Shown here: one piece after another, positions 15,662 through 23,316 of the stretch | How the letters are laid out: every line of letters begins with the position of its first letter | Position numbering within the stretch: position 1 is the stretch's first letter | Source: Minisyncoccota bacterium | GTDB taxonomy: Bacteria > Patescibacteriota > Minisyncoccia > Phycocordibacterales > UBA5272 | Reading direction: 5' to 3' | Assembly (NCBI GenBank): GCA_043759615.1 | Contig: JAYVLF010000016.1 | Span: 1 to 29,454 of the forward strand | Length of the DNA stretch: 29,454 bases | The notes under the pieces: model-generated | Database searches by the model: none | Seen by the model: the letters and a program-made list of their open reading frames with translations, nothing else | Told to the model about the DNA's origin: nothing | Position numbers and translations under genes: made by a program

Positions 15662-17755
15662 ATGATGCAGAGACTCAGAAGATTAATCTCAAAAACTTTG
15701 ATTGGGTTTTTTGTGCTTTTCTTTACTTTATCTCCGATGTTTAATCTAGTAGACACGACTTTTGCACAGACATATGATGAGAATGGAAATGTGATAAATG
15801 GTGCGAATACGACTCAGCCAGACACTGCAGCACCCAGCACAACATTTAATGCAGCCAAAGATAGTCAGGCAGCCAACGCCCCCTCAGTAGGAGGAGAGAA
15901 TGTAGATCCGACAACTGCTGCAGGGAAAACAGCAGCAGCAGCTGCCGCAAACAAAACAGCTGAAAAAACTCCATGTACGGCAGAAAGTGCTTTCCAAGCA
16001 TTTTTTAATAACATTAATCCAGCTCACTATGCTTGTCTCGCTACTTTTTGGGTGATGAAGCTTATCATAACTATCGCAGGAGGTTTAACATATTTATCTA
16101 CAAAGCTTTTTGACATTTCGGTTGAAAAATTCATACTAAAAATATCTAGCTTGTTTGGGGACACAAACTCTGAAAATAGTGGCATATACTCAGCCTGGAA
16201 AGTAGTGAGAGATATGGCAAACATTGCCGGATTCTTTGGGGCTATATATGCTGGACTGATGTATATCATAGGGCGTACAGATAATCTGAAAAAGATATTT
16301 GTGAACCTGCTCATGTTCGCAATACTTACGAATTTCTCTTTCCCTATAGCAAAATTCGCAATAGATATAGCAAATGTAGTTAGTCTAAATGTATACGGCA
16401 GCATGACCAGTACGGCAGATGGGCAGTATCACATGGAAAAAGGTTTAGGGGATGCTCTTATGGGTAAGCTAGGCTTGTCACTTTTTGTAACCAATGAGAA
16501 AACTATTGATCAGAGTGCTATAGGAAACAATCTCAGCTCTTGGACTGTTTCATTTTTACTTATAATATATTTACTTTTTGCTGTTTTTATTTTTATGGAG
16601 GCAGCACTATTTGTTTTGACTAGAGGACTAACTCTTGTTATATATGTGATATTCTCACCTCTCATGTTTATCGGTGGCCTCGCGCCATTTCTCTCTGAGA
16701 TGCACAAAAAGTGGCGAGAGAACTTCGTAGGTGCAGTTCTTGTTGGACCAATACTTATGATACTCCTCTGGGTTGCATTCAAGATTTTAGATGCCGTAAA
16801 AACTCTTTCTAGTATTGCCGGGATTAGATCTGTGACTGGTGATGCTGGCGCTGAAACCTTAGTGTCGTCTTCTTTGGTTTTGATCTTTTCTGGACTAGCT
16901 TTGCATTACGCTATCAAGATGGCAAAGGAATATAGTCATGAGGCTGGATCTCTAGTGAGTGGGGTTATGAGTGGGGTAGGCACTCTGGCTGGAGCTGCGG
17001 TTACTGGCGGAGCATCTATGGCACTTCGTGGCACTGTGGGGCGTGCAGGGGCAGCCATGGCTGAGAGTAAGTGGGTGAAGGAGGGTGCGGAGAGTGGAGG
17101 GTTTATGCGTCGTATGGCTTCACGTGGAGTGGGGAACACGGGGAACGCCATGACCAAAGCAAATGGTAAATTTGCTGGGGCGACATTTACAAAAACTTTC
17201 AATGCTGGTCTAGGAGCAAACGCTACAAATATGAATGTCGGCAAGAGCTACAAAGATGTGAAGGATGAGGCGACAAGGAAAGAGTTCGAAGATGCTGGAG
17301 GCAAACGCGGCCTCGAGCTAGCCCAAGAGAAAGCGGTGCTAGTAGCAAAACATGAGAGTATATCAGCCCCGAACAATAGCAGAGACAACGTGAACACAGC
17401 AAGTAGCTCTGTTCTGATGCGCGCCTCCGCAGACCTCGCTGAAGTTGAAAGGAAACTAAAAGAAAAGAAAGAAAGCCCTATCGAGTATACTGGTAAAGAA
17501 GAAGATGTTAAGGGTCTCGAGTTAGAGGCTGCCGGTAAACAAGCAAGCTTTGCCAAGGTTAATGCCAAAGCTGAAAGCATAAACAATAGACTTGAAGAGC
17601 GTGCTACTGAGAACAAAAACAAAGTAGCAGAAAAAGAAGTTGCCTATGCCAAGGTACAAGAGAAAAATGCTGATATACAAAGAGCGAAAGAGCTGAGAGC
17701 AAAGCTGGCCGGAGTAAAAGCAGCGACCCCAGCAACTCCAGCAGCCACCGCATAA
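15662..17755 (+). CDS. VirB6/TrbL-like polytopic membrane protein
   Basis: Signal/anchor, Ala/Thr-rich linker, about 7 TM segments (e.g. YSAWKVVRDMANIAGFF; MLFAILTNFSFPIAKFAIDIAN), Gly/Ala-rich cytoplasmic tail and coiled-coil end. Start 15662 or 15665; the track start 15611 lies inside a terminator. Confidence 0.75.
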   Translation: MMQRLRRLISKTLIGFFVLFFTLSPMFNLVDTTFAQTYDENGNVINGANTTQPDTAAPSTTFNAAKDSQAANAPSVGGENVDPTTAAGKTAAAAAANKTAEKTPCTAESAFQAFFNNINPAHYACLATFWVMKLIITIAGGLTYLSTKLFDISVEKFILKISSLFGDTNSENSGIYSAWKVVRDMANIAGFFGAIYAGLMYIIGRTDNLKKIFVNLLMFAILTNFSFPIAKFAIDIANVVSLNVYGSMTSTADGQYHMEKGLGDALMGKLGLSLFVTNEKTIDQSAIGNNLSSWTVSFLLIIYLLFAVFIFMEAALFVLTRGLTLVIYVIFSPLMFIGGLAPFLSEMHKKWRENFVGAVLVGPILMILLWVAFKILDAVKTLSSIAGIRSVTGDAGAETLVSSSLVLIFSGLALHYAIKMAKEYSHEAGSLVSGVMSGVGTLAGAAVTGGASMALRGTVGRAGAAMAESKWVKEGAESGGFMRRMASRGVGNTGNAMTKANGKFAGATFTKTFNAGLGANATNMNVGKSYKDVKDEATRKEFEDAGGKRGLELAQEKAVLVAKHESISAPNNSRDNVNTASSSVLMRASADLAEVERKLKEKKESPIEYTGKEEDVKGLELEAAGKQASFAKVNAKAESINNRLEERATENKNKVAEKEVAYAKVQEKNADIQRAKELRAKLAGVKAATPATPAATA

Positions 17756-17759
17756 ATAT

Positions 17760-18371
17760 ATGTTAACAAAAGAATTACAAGATGAACTAAATATAGAAAT
17801 AGATAAATCTAGCCCAGAGGTGCAGACTTTTCTCCGTGACAAATACTTTTCTGACACTTTAGGACTGATCGGGAGAGTAAACACCTTGAACGAAAGCCAA
17901 AAAGATGCTCTGTATCTCGAAGTAGTGATGCAAGTTCTCGGACTAAATGACTATGACGATTTTGCTGACTCGATAAAAAATGAGCTCAAAACAGGGGAGG
18001 AGGAGCTACCAGCGGAAAACGTCAAACAAATAGTAAATGATATAAATATTTATGTTTTTGATAAAATAAAAAGAGAGGAGAAGAGTGATGTACCAGTTGA
18101 TACAGTGATCAGTCCAAACATAAACGGTATTGAGAGTGGGGAAACAGTCATGCCAACACCATCACTGCGAGAAAGTATCATGAAAAATACAGGAGTAGAG
18201 GACAAATATAGTATAGGATTCCTCACAAAACCAAATTTGGTGAATGATGAGACGAAAACTGTGCCCGTGATAACAGAAAAGGTAGTGGACACAGTGGTTG
18301 CCCCAGAAATCATGCCTGACGTGTATAGAGAAATGCCTGAACCAGTGGATAAGACCATAAAACACGAATAA
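17760..18371 (+). CDS. Hypothetical acidic cytoplasmic protein of the T4SS-like cluster
   Basis: 203-aa ORF 4 nt after the VirB6-like stop; helical N-domain and low-complexity tail. Confidence 0.8.
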   Translation: MLTKELQDELNIEIDKSSPEVQTFLRDKYFSDTLGLIGRVNTLNESQKDALYLEVVMQVLGLNDYDDFADSIKNELKTGEEELPAENVKQIVNDINIYVFDKIKREEKSDVPVDTVISPNINGIESGETVMPTPSLRESIMKNTGVEDKYSIGFLTKPNLVNDETKTVPVITEKVVDTVVAPEIMPDVYREMPEPVDKTIKHE

Positions 18372-18395
18372 AATCTGCTATTATATATAGTATAT

Positions 18396-18851
18396 ATGCA
18401 GTTCAGAGTTCCCCAATTCATAGACATAGAAGACAAAATACTCGGACCTCTCTCTTGGAGGCAGTTTGCTTATGTGCTCGGAGCAGCCGCAGTTGCTTAT
18501 GTGTCCTTGCGTCTACTAGACTCAAAAGTTACAGCTCTCATAGTAGGTGGGCCGTTTGTAGCACTATTCCTGGCTCTTGCTTTTGTACGTATCAATGACA
18601 GACCATTTGTAGATACATTACAAAATGCTTTTTCATACTTCTTTGGAGGTAATATTTACACTTGGCAAAAAGACAACACCATTAAACCAGAAAACTCTGC
18701 TTCATATGATAGTTCTCGTTCAGAAAATGTTAAAAAAGAAATCAATAACTCTGTAGAGAGAAGATCAAATCACTACGAAAGACAAAATCTAAAAGATCTC
18801 GCTGTGGGACTTGATATTAAGAGTGATAAAGGTGAAGATGATATGATATAA
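18396..18851 (+). CDS. prgI: PrgI family (VirB3-like) membrane protein
   Basis: MQFRVPQFIDIEDKILGPLSWRQF signature, two TM helices, INDRPF. Confidence 0.88.
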   Translation: MQFRVPQFIDIEDKILGPLSWRQFAYVLGAAAVAYVSLRLLDSKVTALIVGGPFVALFLALAFVRINDRPFVDTLQNAFSYFFGGNIYTWQKDNTIKPENSASYDSSRSENVKKEINNSVERRSNHYERQNLKDLAVGLDIKSDKGEDDMI

Positions 18852-18852
18852 T
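18844..18852 (+). promoter_or_regulatory. Extended -10 promoter overlapping the prgI stop codon
   Basis: TGATATAAT, 6 nt before ATG 18859. Confidence 0.6.
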
Positions 18853-18858
18853 AAAACT

Positions 18859-19488
18859 ATGTTAGGCACAGCATCACAAAAATTCATACCGATAAAAACT
18901 ATAAGAGATGGACTACTCATACTAAACAACAATGAGTATAGAGCAGTCTTGATGACTAACTCACTAAACCTTGCACTGAAGGGTGAAGATGAACAGACAG
19001 CAATCATAAAACAATTCCAATCATTTTTCAATTCACTAGATTTCCCTGTGCAGATATTCGTCCAGTCCAGAAGAGCAGATATATCTCCGTACATAGCTCT
19101 ATTGAATGACAGAATAAAGAGTGCTGAGGGTGAACTACTAAAGCTACAAATCGTAGAATACATCGACTACATAAGGACTTTTTCGGAGAGTATCAACCTG
19201 ATGACAAAACACTTCTTCGTGGTTGTACCTTATGTGCCGGCAACCATCTCATCGTTTTCTGACGCTTCTTCTTCACTCTTTTCTTTTGGTAAAAAAGAAC
19301 AGCTACTCAGTGAGGAGAGTAAAAACTTCGGAGAGATCAGACAACAGATGCTCGAGAGAGTGAGTGTGGTAACCGAGGGTCTCACTCGCTGCGGCCTCCA
19401 CGTATCACAACTAGGAACAGAGGAACTCATCGAACTATTTTATGAACTATTCAATCCAGGAGACGAAAGTAAATCTGTAAATCAATAA
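18859..19488 (+). CDS. Conjugal-transfer-associated protein resembling the N-terminal region of Gram-positive-type VirB4 (TrsE/PrgJ)
   Basis: IRDG..., NLALKGEDEQTAIIKQFQSFFNSLDFPVQIFVQSR, KHFFVVVPY; located between prgI and virB4. Confidence 0.7.
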   Translation: MLGTASQKFIPIKTIRDGLLILNNNEYRAVLMTNSLNLALKGEDEQTAIIKQFQSFFNSLDFPVQIFVQSRRADISPYIALLNDRIKSAEGELLKLQIVEYIDYIRTFSESINLMTKHFFVVVPYVPATISSFSDASSSLFSFGKKEQLLSEESKNFGEIRQQMLERVSVVTEGLTRCGLHVSQLGTEELIELFYELFNPGDESKSVNQ

Positions 19489-19498
19489 TAATAAACAC

Positions 19499-21322
19499 AT
19501 GAGCATATTAGACATATTTAAAACCAACAAAGAAGAACCTACAAATGGTGTGTTAGGCGCAGCTATGCTAAAGAGTAATCTTCCTGATGATATATACAAG
19601 GCGGCAGAGCAGACTCTCCAAGACATCATCGCCCCTTCAGCGCTCAAAATAGAACCAAAAAACTTTTCTATCGGGGACATAAAGGGTCGCACATATTTTG
19701 TTATGTCTTACCCTCGCTACCTTAGCGACAACTGGCTCAGTCCACTTATAAATCTGGATAAGGTTTTTGATGTGTCTATACACGTCTCTCCTATAGATAC
19801 TGGTGACATCATGAAGAAGTTCCAAACCAAAGTAGCCGAAGTTGGTAGTCAGATGTTAACCAGAGAAGAAAAAGGTATGGTGCGTGATCCTATGTTAGAG
19901 ACTGCCTATCAAGATCTAGAAGATCTGCGTGACAACCTGATGCAAGCCGAAGAGAAGATGTTTGAAGTTGGGGTATATATCACCATATATTCACGTGATG
20001 ACAAAGAGTTAGATAAACTAGAAAACGAAATCAAGGGGATGTTTGAAAGTAAGCTTATACAAATTCGTCCGGCACTATTTCAGCAAGATGCTGGCTTTCG
20101 TAGTGTTCTCCCTCTTGGTCATGATGAGATAAATATCACGAACAAGCTAAACACGTCACCACTTTCATCACTGTTCCCGTTTGTCTCTTTTGACCTTACT
20201 AGCGACAAAGGAATACTGTACGGTATAAACAGGCACAGTGGGGGGATGGTGCTGTTTGATAGATTTGGTATGGAGAATTATAACTCTATCATGTTTGCAA
20301 AGTCTGGTGCAGGCAAGAGCTTCACCATGAAGCTTGAGATTCTTCGCACGATGATGTTCGACACCAACGTCATCATCATCGACCCTGAACGTGAATATGA
20401 AAATTTAACTGAAGCGGTAGGTGGTAGATATTTTAATATTTCACTCACCAGTGAGCATCATATTAATCCATTTGATCTACCTCTCCCAGGCCCTGATGAG
20501 TCTATGAGTGATGTGCTGCGTACGAACATTATTACTCTCGTCGGACTTTTCCGTGTTATGTTAGGCGGCCTCACTCCAGGGGAGGATGCTATAGTAGATA
20601 GAGCTATCACTGAGACCTATGCTTTGAAAGACATCACTCCTGATACTGACTTTGCGGATATAGATCCACCACTACTCTCAGACTTTGAGATGGTGCTCGG
20701 TGGACTAGAAGGGTCAGAGGGGCTACTAGAAAAGCTACAAAAATTCACAAAAGGTAGCTGGGCAGGATTCCTAAATAACCCAACAAATGTAAACATTAAT
20801 CAGAAATGCGTGTCGTTTTCCATACGTGATATGGAGGATGAATTGAAACCTGTAGCCATGTTCCTGATCTCTCACTATATATGGAACTCTGTTAGACGTG
20901 AACTCAGAAAAAGACTCCTGGTGGTAGACGAGGCATGGATCATGATGAAGAGCCCAGATACGGCAAGCTTCCTTTTTGGACTTGCAAAGAGAGGAAGAAA
21001 ATATTTCTTAGGCCTTGCCACCATCACACAAGACGTAGGAGACTTTTTGAAAAGTGAATACGGTGTGCCGATCATCACCAACAGTAGTATACAAATACTA
21101 CTAAAACAATCTCCAACAACAATTGACCTGGTACAAAAAACTTTTAACTTAACAGATGAAGAAAAGTTTTTACTCCTTGAGAGCAACATCGGTGAGGGGA
21201 TATTCTTCGCTGGACTAAAACACGTGGCCATCAAAATCATCGCCTCCCACACAGAAGAACAGATCATCACCAGTGATCCGTCTGAGATACTCAGATTAAA
21301 ATCTCTAAAAGAGAACAAATAA
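19499..21322 (+). CDS. virB4: VirB4-like T4SS ATPase
   Basis: Walker A AKSGAGKS, IIIDPEREY, HINPFD, Walker B LLVVDEAW, KRGRKYFLGLATITQDVGDF. Confidence 0.9.
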   Translation: MSILDIFKTNKEEPTNGVLGAAMLKSNLPDDIYKAAEQTLQDIIAPSALKIEPKNFSIGDIKGRTYFVMSYPRYLSDNWLSPLINLDKVFDVSIHVSPIDTGDIMKKFQTKVAEVGSQMLTREEKGMVRDPMLETAYQDLEDLRDNLMQAEEKMFEVGVYITIYSRDDKELDKLENEIKGMFESKLIQIRPALFQQDAGFRSVLPLGHDEINITNKLNTSPLSSLFPFVSFDLTSDKGILYGINRHSGGMVLFDRFGMENYNSIMFAKSGAGKSFTMKLEILRTMMFDTNVIIIDPEREYENLTEAVGGRYFNISLTSEHHINPFDLPLPGPDESMSDVLRTNIITLVGLFRVMLGGLTPGEDAIVDRAITETYALKDITPDTDFADIDPPLLSDFEMVLGGLEGSEGLLEKLQKFTKGSWAGFLNNPTNVNINQKCVSFSIRDMEDELKPVAMFLISHYIWNSVRRELRKRLLVVDEAWIMMKSPDTASFLFGLAKRGRKYFLGLATITQDVGDFLKSEYGVPIITNSSIQILLKQSPTTIDLVQKTFNLTDEEKFLLLESNIGEGIFFAGLKHVAIKIIASHTEEQIITSDPSEILRLKSLKENK

Positions 21323-21325
21323 TTT

Positions 21326-22288
21326 ATGACAAAAAAACTCTCAATATTAATCTCAGGGCTAGTCTTATCTTTTTCTTTCGCTTCCGCACAAGTGAGTACA
21401 GATCTCACACTAAGAACTGATCCAGCATATCCGAACCCTAGCGAAACTTTTACCGCAACTATAGAGACTTATGCTATTAATTTGGACAAGAGTGATGTGT
21501 ATTGGCTCATAAACGATACAGTAGTCGCTAGTGGCTTTGGTAAGAAGCAGGTGATGTTAAAAGCTCCTGAGTCTGGTAAGGGTTATAAACTAACAGTAAC
21601 AGCCAAGAGTCCTGGAGGTAAGACTTATACCTTTGAGAAAACTTTTCTCTCTTCTTCTGTTTCGATAGTCTGGGAAGCGACAGACAGTTATGTGCCAGAT
21701 TGGTATGAGGGTAGGGCGCTATTGCCAGAAGGAGGCAAACTTAGAATCTTTGCTATGCCAAACCTAGACAATGGCAAATTAGCCGCCAAAGACATAGTCT
21801 TCAAATGGTTCCTAAACAATGAAATACTAGAAAACTCTTCTGGACTAGGTAGGAACTACCTTGATTATCGTATCAGTGAAGAGCAGGGAGATGATCTTAA
21901 TTTTGAGCTCGAGATGAGTCCGAGAAATTCAGCCGAGAAGATAGTTAAAAGGTTTTCCTTAGCACCGACCTCTCCAGAACTGATAATTTATAAAGACTCA
22001 ACACTGTATGGAACACTTTCAAACAAAGCCTATCTCGGCACAATACCAGAAACCGAAAAAGAGTTTAGTCTTGTCGCTGAGCCATTCTTCTCGTCTGGCA
22101 AACAAAGCTTCAAAGACTTATCAGTTACTTGGTCGGTAAATGGCATACTCACCGGCAAAGGAGACTCTTTCAAAAAGCTTTTCCGCATACCATCTCCAGC
22201 ACTCGGCATATCAAATATAACTGTGAGCTTTGAAAATGTAACCAAGTTACTACAGGACACGAAAACCTCTTTTAGTCTTTCTTTTTAA
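21326..22288 (+). CDS. Exported protein with three tandem Ig-like (PKD-like) repeats
   Basis: Signal peptide ending ASA; three W-x-x-N beta-strand motifs about 100 aa apart (YWLIND, KWFLNN, TWSVNG), each followed by a Gly turn. Confidence 0.75.
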   Translation: MTKKLSILISGLVLSFSFASAQVSTDLTLRTDPAYPNPSETFTATIETYAINLDKSDVYWLINDTVVASGFGKKQVMLKAPESGKGYKLTVTAKSPGGKTYTFEKTFLSSSVSIVWEATDSYVPDWYEGRALLPEGGKLRIFAMPNLDNGKLAAKDIVFKWFLNNEILENSSGLGRNYLDYRISEEQGDDLNFELEMSPRNSAEKIVKRFSLAPTSPELIIYKDSTLYGTLSNKAYLGTIPETEKEFSLVAEPFFSSGKQSFKDLSVTWSVNGILTGKGDSFKKLFRIPSPALGISNITVSFENVTKLLQDTKTSFSLSF

Positions 22289-22308
22289 TTTTATATGTTA
22301 AAATATAA
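22289..22308 (+). repeat. 20-nt promoter-region element TTTTATATGTTAAAATATAA, copy 2
   Basis: Identical to 15638-15657; TATAAT (22304-22309) lies 7 nt before ATG 22317. Confidence 0.7.
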
Positions 22309-22316
22309 TTAACTTT

Positions 22317-23294
22317 ATGTTGAAACTACTCACGATAAAAAATTTAATCTCTTTAATTGTTTCTTTTTTTATAGTTTTTTCTATTTTATTTTCTGGTTTA
22401 AGTACAACCGTCGCCCAAGAGTCTGAGACCGGGGACGAAGATCAAACAACTTATGAACTATTACAACCGCTAGGATCAAATGGCGCAACAACAACTAGTG
22501 TAAACATACAGAGTGGGGGGCTCTCTACTTATCTTCAGACAATATTTCAGTACGTTCTGGTCACAGTAACGGTGATTGCTATCTTTATGCTTATGTATGG
22601 TGGTATAGAGTATCTAACTACTGATATAGTTAATAGGAAGTCGGCAGGCAAGGAGACAATACTGAGAGCCTTGTCTGGTATCATCTTTATATTTTGTGTT
22701 TGGTTTATTTTAAATATTATAAATCCAGATCTCACAAAGACTGCTATAGATCTTGGGGTTGGGGTCGTCGACAATGCAACTGTTTCTATGGGGGTTGGTG
22801 GGCCAACAGGAGCACCAACCCCTATAGCCGCCAGATCTATCACTTCTTGCCCAGAAGGTATAGTGAGTATAGGATCTGCGCAAGTTTGTAGGACTATCGC
22901 TGAGAATGTGCAAAAGCTTTTTTCTGAGGCGGCGAGCTCTGGTATTAACCTTTCTGTACAAGGGTCTTGGAGACCTCCAGAGCGCCAAATAGCTCTTCGT
23001 AAACAGAACTGTGGTAGTACTGAGTATGATATATACACTAAACCTTCTGGTCAGTGCAAACCACCCACAGCTATACCAGGAACATCAAATCATGAGAAAG
23101 GACTTGCGCTAGACCTTGGTATTGGTGGCGCTTCATTTTGTTACAATGTGGCAAAGACTGTCTCAGCACAAACTTCTTGCGCTTCCGGTAATGCTGGATA
23201 TAACTGGTTAAAAGCTAATGCTGCTAAATACGGATTATACAACAACATCTCTCTAACTAAAGAAGCTTGGCATTGGTCAACAACTGGTAATTAA
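22317..23294 (+). CDS. TrbC/VirB2-like (T4SS) pilin fused to a C-terminal M15 (VanY-like) Zn-peptidase
   Basis: Signal peptide, then a two-TM pilin motif (MYGGIEYLT...GKETILRALSGIIFIFCVWFILNIINP), a G/P linker, and M15 motifs SWR, SNHEKGLALD (SxHx6D), WLKANAAKYG, EAWH (ExxH). Confidence 0.85.
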   Translation: MLKLLTIKNLISLIVSFFIVFSILFSGLSTTVAQESETGDEDQTTYELLQPLGSNGATTTSVNIQSGGLSTYLQTIFQYVLVTVTVIAIFMLMYGGIEYLTTDIVNRKSAGKETILRALSGIIFIFCVWFILNIINPDLTKTAIDLGVGVVDNATVSMGVGGPTGAPTPIAARSITSCPEGIVSIGSAQVCRTIAENVQKLFSEAASSGINLSVQGSWRPPERQIALRKQNCGSTEYDIYTKPSGQCKPPTAIPGTSNHEKGLALDLGIGGASFCYNVAKTVSAQTSCASGNAGYNWLKANAAKYGLYNNISLTKEAWHWSTTGN

Positions 23295-23301
23295 AAATCT
23301 G

Positions 23302-23310
23302 TGATATAAT
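23302..23310 (+). promoter_or_regulatory. Extended -10 promoter (leaderless)
   Basis: TGATATAAT, 6 nt before ATG 23317. Confidence 0.65.
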
Positions 23311-23316
23311 TTTCTT

